Source: Alphaproteobacteria bacterium (lineage in GTDB: Bacteria; Pseudomonadota; Alphaproteobacteria; Rs-D84). Taken from it: 64,000 nt of DNA. Position 1 is the stretch's first letter; each line of letters opens with the position of its first letter. Where the stretch lies: NCBI GenBank assembly GCA_009784815.1, contig WQXN01000001.1:65857-129856 (forward strand), read 5' to 3'. Position numbers and translations under genes: made by a program. The notes below the pieces were generated by a model. That model did not search any database. It was not told the origin of the DNA and was given only the letters and a program-made list of their open reading frames with translations. This document shows positions 44,441 to 52,235 of the stretch, piece by piece.

Positions 44441-45086
44441 CATAATTTATCTAAGACGCGACTTGAATAACGACGAGGCGGAAAAATTAATGAGCGAACC
44501 CGTGCTTGCCGTAGATACCGAGCTTAGCGGAATCGACGTCGAAAAAGACCGCCTGTGGCTGGTGCAGATCAAGGGCGCCGGACCGGAAATATTTCTTGTT
44601 CAGATCCGCGACGAACTGCAGTATCCGAACCTTAAACGTGTTTTGCAAAATCCCAAATCGGTCAAGATATTCCACTATGCCCGCATGGACGTTCTTATGA
44701 TTTACAAATACCTTGGCGTTTGGGCCATGCCCGTATTCTGCACCAAGATTGCGACTTTACTGGATCGTCCGAATAAGGGCCATGCGCTTCACAATGTCTT
44801 GAAGGAAATTTTTAAAATCCAAATGGAGAAGCAGGAATGCCTTTCGGATTGGAGTCTTGACCTGAATAAAGACCAGCAGGAATACGCCGCGCAGGACGTG
44901 CTTCACCTGCATGATCTGAAACGGGTCTTGGAAGACGGGTTGCGGGACAAGAACCGCTTGGGGCTGGCTTTGGACTGCTTTGCCTTTTTAAAAACGCGCA
45001 TCCTGCTTGATCTGGATTGGGGGCTGCGCGATATTTTCGCCTATAACCCAAAGCATGGGGACGGATTTTCCATACGGGGTACCTAG
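44430..45086 (+). CDS. RNase D-like DEDD 3'-5' exonuclease (short form)
   Basis: Exo motifs LAVDTELSG, KIFHYARMDV and YAAQDVLHLHDL. Confidence 0.8.
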   Translation: MSNNIIYLRRDLNNDEAEKLMSEPVLAVDTELSGIDVEKDRLWLVQIKGAGPEIFLVQIRDELQYPNLKRVLQNPKSVKIFHYARMDVLMIYKYLGVWAMPVFCTKIATLLDRPNKGHALHNVLKEIFKIQMEKQECLSDWSLDLNKDQQEYAAQDVLHLHDLKRVLEDGLRDKNRLGLALDCFAFLKTRILLDLDWGLRDIFAYNPKHGDGFSIRGT

Positions 45087-45095
45087 AATTTGTTC

Positions 45096-45124
45096 TTGAC
45101 AAAATTATTAATTGATGCATATTA
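45096..45124 (+). promoter_or_regulatory. Candidate promoter
   Basis: TTGACA 45096-45101, 17-bp spacer, TGcATATTA with the hexamer at 45119-24. GAGGTG RBS before the ATG at 45145. Confidence 0.4.
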
Positions 45125-45144
45125 ACGGCATCGAGGTGACAATC

Positions 45145-45918
45145 ATGTATACCGAGCCGCGTATAGTTAACATTATTGATTGGCAGAATAGAAGCCGCGA
45201 CGCCGATACTTGCGTCAAGTGGCTTTTGCTTGATAAGTTCCCTTTGGCAGGAAATGACGTTCTGTTTGTGGGTGGCGGCAAAGGATGTTATTCTTCATTT
45301 TTTCGCGATCACGAGGTTATGGCTCCGCTTAATATTACCAATATAGATCTGCATATCGACGAAATTTTAGCGGCGCGTAATCCGTCCATAACAAGCATTC
45401 AGGCGGATTTTACTGATTACGACGGTTTCGGGCTTGGGCAATTCGACGAGATAGAGGCCGTATTTTCACTTCCCGTCTATGCGGTGCATTGCGCTCAGGT
45501 AGAACTTTTTATTTTAAAATCCATGCTGTGTCTAAGGCCGGGCGGCAAGCTGCGCGTCAGCGGACCGAATAGTTTCAGAAGTAATTGCAATATACGACAG
45601 AATCCCAAATTTGGTAGAAATTTCCCGGCATTCAGCCGTATATGGTCGAAATACGAGGAAATGATAAACTACGTTATGTCTTGCGGTATGGCGTCCGAAC
45701 ATTACCTGGTGGGCTGCGGTTGCAATAGTCACCACCGTCTTGAAACAAGGCTTGATGTGATAACCAAATCCGACCGGAATACGGATTTTTTAAACCGGCG
45801 GTTCAAGGATAGGATAGATTACATTATAGATAGGTCGCTTGTGCCATCCTACGAAGTCGAGTTTAAGGATAAATTCGGAAATCTGGTGACTTTGTCCTAT
45901 GGCGGGGAGAGCAGATAG
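45145..45918 (+). CDS. Class I SAM-methyltransferase-like protein, paralog 1
   Basis: VLFVGGGKGCY (motif I-like) and LCLRPGGKLRV. Paralogous to the next gene. Confidence 0.6.
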   Translation: MYTEPRIVNIIDWQNRSRDADTCVKWLLLDKFPLAGNDVLFVGGGKGCYSSFFRDHEVMAPLNITNIDLHIDEILAARNPSITSIQADFTDYDGFGLGQFDEIEAVFSLPVYAVHCAQVELFILKSMLCLRPGGKLRVSGPNSFRSNCNIRQNPKFGRNFPAFSRIWSKYEEMINYVMSCGMASEHYLVGCGCNSHHRLETRLDVITKSDRNTDFLNRRFKDRIDYIIDRSLVPSYEVEFKDKFGNLVTLSYGGESR

Positions 45919-45920
45919 TC

Positions 45921-46673
45921 ATGCCCTCGGCTAACAAGATAATAGTGAACAATGTGTTGTCCCAGTACAGGAAGCGCGACGCGGACATTTACAACAAGCG
46001 GCTGTTCGTTCATGAATTTTCGTCGTTCGGAAAAGACATACTTCTTGTCGGCGGAGGAGTTGGCTGTTACCAAAATAGTTTTTTAATCTACTTTGAAGGG
46101 TTGAAGTTTACCAATATAGACCTTCATATCGATCCTATGATGCATCAGAAATTTGCGCAGATTAAAAGCATTCAGGCCGATTTTACCACCTATGATAATT
46201 TTGTTCCCAATATGTTCGACGAAGTTTGGGCTTTATATTCCCTTCCTCTGTACGCCATGTCGCCCGAGGCGTCGAAATTGTTCGTCCTAAGGTCAATGCT
46301 GTGCCTTAGGCCAGGCGGATGGCTTCGGGTCGGAGAGCCGGTAGAAGTCAATGTATGCGACAGGGTTCGTTATATGTATGGAGAGAATTTTCCGGAATTC
46401 GGTCCGATAATGGAAGGGTATGAACGAGCGGTGAAATTTGTAAAGGATATGGGCGCGACTTACAAAGAACTGGTGTATAATTCGAATCATACGACGGAAA
46501 AAACGGACTTGTTAAGAAAGCCTTATCGCGATTCCCATGAATTCGACCTGGCGGTTAAAAACGAAATAGATTTTATTTCGGCCGCAGCATCGATCCCGGC
46601 TTTCGACACCGATGCGTACAAGTGCGTAAACAACAAGGCGGTCAGAATATCTTACGGCGAAACGGTCAGATAG
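45921..46673 (+). CDS. Class I SAM-methyltransferase-like protein, paralog 2
   Basis: ILLVGGGVGCY, SIQADFTTYD and MLCLRPGGWLRV. Collinear similarity to 45145-45918. Confidence 0.6.
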   Translation: MPSANKIIVNNVLSQYRKRDADIYNKRLFVHEFSSFGKDILLVGGGVGCYQNSFLIYFEGLKFTNIDLHIDPMMHQKFAQIKSIQADFTTYDNFVPNMFDEVWALYSLPLYAMSPEASKLFVLRSMLCLRPGGWLRVGEPVEVNVCDRVRYMYGENFPEFGPIMEGYERAVKFVKDMGATYKELVYNSNHTTEKTDLLRKPYRDSHEFDLAVKNEIDFISAAASIPAFDTDAYKCVNNKAVRISYGETVR

Positions 46674-46920
46674 GCTGTATCGTTTCGACGCATTCGACTG
46701 CATAGTCGTTCACAGAATATATTCCGAATTTCACGACTTCCGGAGCGGTTATGTCCGCTTCCAATTCGCACTCCAAACCGGCCATGGCCAAAGCCTGTGC
46801 TTCCAGTATGCAGGTGTCTTTCAGCGAGTACATGGTTTCCGGGCATACATAGTCGTTCGCGCGCGCGGCGGCGGTAGCAGCGATAGTCGTCAGCGCGGCA
46901 AGCAATAGATATTTTCTCAT
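46666..46920 (-). CDS. Small secreted Cys-containing protein (84 aa)
   Basis: Signal peptide MRKYLLLAALTTIAATAAARA. AAGGAG RBS. Confidence 0.6.
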   Translation of the reverse strand: MRKYLLLAALTTIAATAAARANDYVCPETMYSLKDTCILEAQALAMAGLECELEADITAPEVVKFGIYSVNDYAVECVETIQPI

Positions 46921-46986
46921 TCTATCTCCTTTTTGTCGGAAGCATTATAGAAAATATATTTGCGCCGTTATATAGGTATGAATTCG

Positions 46987-47955
46987 TTAAAACTCGAATC
47001 TTAGGCCGGCAAGGATCGATCCGTAGAGCGAGTAGGCTCCGCGCGTTTCGACAAGCGCCTGCTCCATCCCAAGCGGGTTGCTAAGCTTGAATTGCGTCTT
47101 TGGGGCCAAGGTTACTTTCGCGCCAAGCTCGAGAAATGCGAATCGGTTAAGCCCGTAAGAGAATCCCGCCGCAGCGGCCGCCGCGAATCCGTTGGACTGG
47201 GTTTCCGATAAGAAAAACGCGCCGGTGGCGGTGTCTTCGAAAGCAAGACCCAGGACGGTGCCGTCCAATACACCGGAATAATCGAACGCCGATACGATCG
47301 CATCGGTCGATGCGTATCCGATGCCAAGGCCGATATAGGGCATCAGCTGTCCGGGTCCGCGCGCGCCTTCAAAAAAATCAAAATAAATCATGGCCATATA
47401 TATATCGGTGGAAAGCTTGCTGGACATCGATATAACATCCAGGTCCGGAAGCAGCATCGAAGCGGGCGCCCCGACCGTCACTACGTCCCCGCCCAAAAGC
47501 GGAGTCGAATTGTACGAGCTTTCGGATATCCTGTCCCATGACGCCTCGATCCTTATGTTGTTTGCGTTAGGCAGCACGCCGCCTATCGCAAAATTCGTTG
47601 TCCAGGTTCTGATCTCTAAATCCTTTTGCGGCTTTAAGTCTCCGAAATTTATAACGCCTATGGGCGCCCAACCTTCGGTAGGCGTGGGCGAGCCCATCTG
47701 TATCCATAATTCTTCGTTTACTACATATCCGGTCGAAAGTCCGGTTGATGGATCAAATTCAGCGTAAAATGGAATTGACGTCATGCCGCCAAGCGAGTTG
47801 TTAAGCCTGCCGCCGAAATTCATGGCCAAGCCTCCGCGGGCGGCTATATAGAATCTTCCGCCGTCGTCGCGGTCCGTTAGGGCCGTCCAGTTCGCGTTCG
47901 CACCAAGTGGCGCCAAGCCTATTGCGGCAAGCATTAAAAATTTTGTTAATTTCAT
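46987..47955 (-). CDS. Outer-membrane beta-barrel protein (porin-like)
   Basis: Signal peptide MKLTKFLMLAAIGLAPLGANA, alternating beta-strand pattern, C-terminal ...GLRFEF with a terminal Phe. Confidence 0.75.
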   Translation of the reverse strand: MKLTKFLMLAAIGLAPLGANANWTALTDRDDGGRFYIAARGGLAMNFGGRLNNSLGGMTSIPFYAEFDPSTGLSTGYVVNEELWIQMGSPTPTEGWAPIGVINFGDLKPQKDLEIRTWTTNFAIGGVLPNANNIRIEASWDRISESSYNSTPLLGGDVVTVGAPASMLLPDLDVISMSSKLSTDIYMAMIYFDFFEGARGPGQLMPYIGLGIGYASTDAIVSAFDYSGVLDGTVLGLAFEDTATGAFFLSETQSNGFAAAAAAGFSYGLNRFAFLELGAKVTLAPKTQFKLSNPLGMEQALVETRGAYSLYGSILAGLRFEF

Positions 47956-47982
47956 ATAAACACCCTCTACATTACACAGTAT

Positions 47983-47991
47983 ATTATATCA
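47983..47991 (-). promoter_or_regulatory. Extended -10 element (TGaTATAAT) for the porin-like gene
   Basis: Minus strand reads TTTGTGATATAAT, immediately after hairpin copy 2. Confidence 0.4.
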
Positions 47992-47995
47992 CAAA

Positions 47996-48034
47996 ATGCG
48001 CCGCGAAGCTAACCTAAAAAGCGAAGCGGCGCAT
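47996..48034. repeat. Hairpin element copy 2 (9-bp perfect stem, conserved 21-nt loop), downstream of ruvA
   Basis: ATGCGCCGC / GCGGCGCAT arms around loop GAAGCTAACCTAAAAAGCGAA, which matches copy 1 at 20 of 21 positions. Confidence 0.65.
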
Positions 48035-48037
48035 ACG

Positions 48038-48601
48038 TTATAGAACTTTTAAGGATTGGGTTATGATCTGATCAAGCGGCGCGTCGGGATTCTTATCAAG
48101 TATTTCGCGCACCGCCGGGACGATCGCTATGCGCTTGTACCCAAGCCCTTCCAAAGCCGCCACCGCGTCCGTCATAATATTTGACTCGATCTCGGGGGTC
48201 GCGCCAGCCGCCAAGTTCTTTATCTTTGATTTCAGTTCGGTCACTATCCGCTCGGCCACTTTTGGACCGACTCCGGGGGCGGCCGTGAAACTGGTCTTGT
48301 CCTGTGCGGCCAAAGCTTTGATTATGTTTGATGTGGAAAGAGTCGTCATTATCGAAAGCGCGGCCTTTGGGCCGACTCCCTGCACCGAGGTCAGCAGGTT
48401 GAATATCCCTTTATCGTCGTTGCTCAAAAATCCGAACAGGCGGATTTCATCCTCGCGCACATGGGTTTCTATCCATAGCGTTGCCGGGTTGCCAGGGGAC
48501 AGCCTTGCCGGAGTCCATACCAAATATCCGACGCCGCCTACCATTATTATCGCTTGGTTGTCTTGAACCGTATCAATAATTCCTTGAATTTTTCCAATCA
48601 T
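48038..48601 (-). CDS. ruvA: Holliday junction helicase subunit RuvA
   Basis: MIGKIQGII...GVGYLV. HhH motifs VQGVGPKAALSI and APGVGPKVAERI. Confidence 0.9.
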   Translation of the reverse strand: MIGKIQGIIDTVQDNQAIIMVGGVGYLVWTPARLSPGNPATLWIETHVREDEIRLFGFLSNDDKGIFNLLTSVQGVGPKAALSIMTTLSTSNIIKALAAQDKTSFTAAPGVGPKVAERIVTELKSKIKNLAAGATPEIESNIMTDAVAALEGLGYKRIAIVPAVREILDKNPDAPLDQIITQSLKVL

Positions 48602-48650
48602 TTTATTATCCTCTTAGGGTTATTATAACTTAAAACGACGGGGTAGTAAA

Positions 48651-49364
48651 GTGGCGGGACATTCTAAATGGGCTAACATACAGCATCGCAAGGGAGCCCA
48701 GGACAAGGCGCGCGCAGGGCAGTTCACAAAACTTGCGCGCGAAATCACCATGGCGACAAAGTTGGGGGACGCGAATCCTGACAACAATCCTCGCTTGCGT
48801 CTTGCCATTTATCAGGCGCGGAAACTCAATATGCCGAATGACAATATAAAACGCGCGATGGACAAGGCCACCGCCGCGGGCGGAGAAAATTACGAGCAGG
48901 TAAGATACGAGGGATACGGCCCGGGATCGGTCCCGATCATAGTCGAGGCTATGACGGACAATCCGCGCCGCACTGTTCCCGAAGTTCGAAGCGTCTTCAC
49001 TAAAAACGGCGGCAATATGGGAGAATCCGGCAGCGTCGCGTTTATGTTCAACCGTATCGGTATGATAGTTTATCCGAAATCGGTCGCGTCCGAAGATGCC
49101 ATGTTCGAAGCCGTGATCAACGCGGGAGGCGAGGATTTGGATACATCCGACGAGGGTCTGTACATAGTGACCGCGGCCACGGATAATTTTATGCAGGTCC
49201 TGGGCGCGTTGCAGGCAATATTCGGCGAAGCTTCAAGCGCCGAGCTTACGTGGATTCCGACCGCTCCGGCCGAGCCTTCCGAAGAGGATATGGTCAAAGT
49301 CGAAAAACTGATCGCAGCTTTGGAAGACTTGGACGATGTTCAGAAGGTGTTTGCGGGACTGTAA
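48651..49364 (+). CDS. yebC: YebC/PmpR-family transcriptional regulator
   Basis: MAGHSKWANIQHRKGAQDKARA... with a GTG start. Confidence 0.9.
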   Translation: MAGHSKWANIQHRKGAQDKARAGQFTKLAREITMATKLGDANPDNNPRLRLAIYQARKLNMPNDNIKRAMDKATAAGGENYEQVRYEGYGPGSVPIIVEAMTDNPRRTVPEVRSVFTKNGGNMGESGSVAFMFNRIGMIVYPKSVASEDAMFEAVINAGGEDLDTSDEGLYIVTAATDNFMQVLGALQAIFGEASSAELTWIPTAPAEPSEEDMVKVEKLIAALEDLDDVQKVFAGL

Positions 49365-51084
49365 TTATCTTTTTGAAAACTTTGCCCAAATATTCTTAAA
49401 ATGGCCGTTGGATTTTTGCAATTCGGAAAAAGTTCCGCGTTGCACTATTTTTCCTTTGTTGAACACGTATATTTCGTCGAAAGAATCCAGAAGATTCAGT
49501 TTATGAACCGAGAAGATCAAAATCTTGTCTTTAAATTTTTTTGATATTTGATCCATAATCGTCCGTTCGGTCAAACCATCGACCGAGCTGGTGCATTCGT
49601 CGAACAACATTATCCCGCTGTCTTTTCCGGCAAGCAATCCGCGTGCAAGCGCAAGGCGCTGCTTTTCTCCGCCGGATAAATTCACTCCCTTTTCGAACAG
49701 GTGGGTGGCAAGCCCTTTAGGCAGACGTTCCATGACCGAATCGAATTTGGAAATTTTTACCGCTTCTTCTACGTCTTTATGGGAATATTTTGCGCCTACC
49801 GATATGTTATATTCGATCGTGTTTTCGAAAAATTCCGGGTCTTGCGGTATATAGATCGAATGGCCGTCCAAGTGCGATATATGTTTCGCGCCGACGTTGG
49901 GTCTTAGGATTCCGCGTATAAGCATCATAAAAGTGGATTTACCCGAGCCGCTTGCGCCCACCAATGCGATTTTCTTGCCGCGTTTGGCGGTGAATTCAAA
50001 ATCGTTTATTTCAACTGCGGGAGATTTCGCGTCACCGTATCTGAAGCTTAGGCTCCTGATGTTAAACGAGTTCGGCGCGCCGCGGGATTTTTTGGATGAT
50101 ATGTCCTGGTGCGGTTCCTTGAATATAACGTCCGCCTGTCTTATTGTTATTCCATTTTCAACCATTTCGTCGTATGTTTCGGCGAAATCGAAAAAATTGT
50201 CGGCGGCGCGGCTTAGATAAAGTTTAAGCGCCACCAGCACTCCGATATTTATGACGTTTCCGGACCGGTACGAGTCGTACGCGTGCCAAAGGATCATTGC
50301 ATACCCCAGCACTATTATGCTGATCACCATAAACGACCACTTGCGCTGGTTTACCATAGTGCTTTTATTAAAATCTGGGTATATAGCTTCGTTGGTCGCT
50401 TCTATATTCGCTTGGGTTTTTAGTCCAAGCCTTAGGCTTAGGATCGTTCTCATGTTTGATACGTAGTCTTGGAACACGCTGCTAAGCTTTTGGCTTTTCA
50501 CATGAAGGTTCGCCCACAGGACTGAAAGTTTGCCGTTCATGAAATGCACGAACGCCACCAGGATCATAAGCCATATCGAATAGACCGCGGCCATTTTCCA
50601 GTTCAGTAAATATAAATACACTATTGCGAAAGTCAGACTAAATACTATGTTTATGTATGCGTCGATTTTCGATATGAATGTCGATATGGCGCCTTTGGCG
50701 GCGTTTATTATATGGATCGATTTTCCCGAATGGTTGCTGTTGTGCCATGATTGGCCCAGCTTTCGCATATGCTTGTAAGCGCTTAGCGTAAAGCGTTTTT
50801 TAACGCGGAATAATTCGCGATCCCTTGCTATTCGGCTTGCCTGGCGCACAAGAACATGCCCCGTATGCGTCGCGCACATGGCAAGCATGAATATTACGAA
50901 AGTCTTAAATTGAAGGTGTAGGGGGGGGGGTGGAAAGATCGAGGCTGGATATGGCGCGGCCAAAAAGCATTGGCCCGGCAAGCGCAAGCCCCGTCGAAAT
51001 CATAAAGCCCGCCGTAAACAAAGCCACGCGCCATTTATTTGCGTATTTGAAAGATGTTTTGGCAAGGATTAAAAGATTTATCAT
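49365..51084 (-). pseudogene. ABC exporter (fused TMD-NBD) interrupted by a frameshift at a C10 tract; phase-variable, pseudogene or homopolymer sequencing error
   Basis: The NBD is intact (GASGSGKST, LSGGEKQRLALAR, IMLFDECTSSVD). TM1 (MINLLILAKTSFKYANKWRVALFTAGFMISTGLALAGPMLFGRAISSLDLS) is read from the ATG at 51084 in a different frame and ends at a TAA just after the tract at 50921-50930. C9 would join the two frames. Confidence 0.75.
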
Positions 51085-51133
51085 ACTGGGATTATTTCAA
51101 AAATCAGGAATAAATTCAATGAATAATTGCCGA

Positions 51134-51162
51134 TTTATAGGATCTAATAATTAGCTTGACAA
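51134..51162 (-). promoter_or_regulatory. Candidate promoter for the ABC exporter, with its -35 overlapping the divergent promoter's -35
   Basis: Minus strand reads TTGTCA (51162-57), 17-bp spacer, TATAAA (51139-34). TTGTCAA is the reverse complement of the plus-strand TTGACAA. Confidence 0.4.
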
Positions 51163-51182
51163 AATACGGGGGGGGGTAGAAT
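51156..51182 (+). promoter_or_regulatory. Sigma70-like promoter with a G9 tract in the spacer
   Basis: TTGACA 51156-61, 15-bp spacer ending in G9 (51168-76), TAGAAT 51177-82. AGGAGG RBS, ATG at 51225. Confidence 0.55.
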
Positions 51183-51224
51183 ACGGCGTTAGATTAAACG
51201 AATCGCAAAAAATAGGAGGCGAAA

Positions 51225-52235
51225 ATGAAGTTAATGACCAAAGAGCAGTTTGAAAAGAAGCATGGGCGCGTTTATCACAATGGGATCCATATTGATCATG
51301 CGCCTAACGACGATTTGAAAGCAGAGTTGCTTGCCGAATATCAGCCCGAGCACAGGTGGATGATAGCCAAACATTTTCCTGGTAGTCATTTTTGCTCGCT
51401 GGGCCTGCATGATCTGAAAATCATTTTTGATAATCTTAAAGAAGAAACCAACGCGAATGTAATTCATTATTATTTGAGATATTTGGATCACAGATATTTC
51501 AGCTGTGGCTGGGGATGGTTTTCGCGCGGGGGACAGGGGCTTTCCACGCATAATAGGTCTGTTTCGGATATCGATAAGAACGAAAGGGCCGAGGGTGTAA
51601 AAGTTATAAAACTGTTCAAAGAAAAATTCCAAGAATTCGGATATTATCCAAAATATGGAAAAATGCAGTATATGAACGACTTGATAGTTATATATGGCGG
51701 AAAAGTGGATAATGCGCGCGAGGATTCGGAAGCAAGAAAAAGGCTTAGGGATAGAGAGATCGCAAGCGACAACGATGAACTGATCGATCAAAAAGTTAGA
51801 TCCATGTGCGACCAAGGCGAAAACACCTGTGATAAAAACGATAAATACGGCCATGACGTGTTCGATCGCCAAAAAAATATAGAAACAAAGGAAGACTTAA
51901 AAAACTGGCTATTTGAAGTGTCGGCCGTCATAGGTCTCATAGCGACGCCCACCAAAACTTATCCCGATATGATGACTATGAAAACATTCCGGAAGGTTCT
52001 TGAGATGTTTAATATAGACTTGTCGGATATCATGACGGACGACCGCGGAGAATTGGTTCCGTTCGAATCATACGAAGAAGACGACAAGATACATGAAATT
52101 GTAAGCTTCTTCCGTCAAGCGAGCCGCCGTGTGGACTGCCTATTGTTTGCCAATATGAGGGATATTAAAAAACCCGGCGTGGTTCAGAGTATCAAAAATG
52201 CGGTATCAAAATCTGTCCTGTCACCAAGTCATTGA
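51225..52235 (+). CDS. Hypothetical protein (336 aa), orphan, visibly AT-richer than its neighbours
   Basis: Strong RBS (ATAGGAGGCGAAAATG). Charged, Lys/Asp/Glu-rich, with no signal peptide. No family recognised. Confidence 0.65.
   Translation: MKLMTKEQFEKKHGRVYHNGIHIDHAPNDDLKAELLAEYQPEHRWMIAKHFPGSHFCSLGLHDLKIIFDNLKEETNANVIHYYLRYLDHRYFSCGWGWFSRGGQGLSTHNRSVSDIDKNERAEGVKVIKLFKEKFQEFGYYPKYGKMQYMNDLIVIYGGKVDNAREDSEARKRLRDREIASDNDELIDQKVRSMCDQGENTCDKNDKYGHDVFDRQKNIETKEDLKNWLFEVSAVIGLIATPTKTYPDMMTMKTFRKVLEMFNIDLSDIMTDDRGELVPFESYEEDDKIHEIVSFFRQASRRVDCLLFANMRDIKKPGVVQSIKNAVSKSVLSPSH

Noticed and set aside
50930-51154. 74-aa plus-strand ORF
   Set aside because: It overlaps the minus-strand segment that encodes a textbook ABC exporter TM1 and starts inside the homopolymer tract. 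It is most likely spurious.
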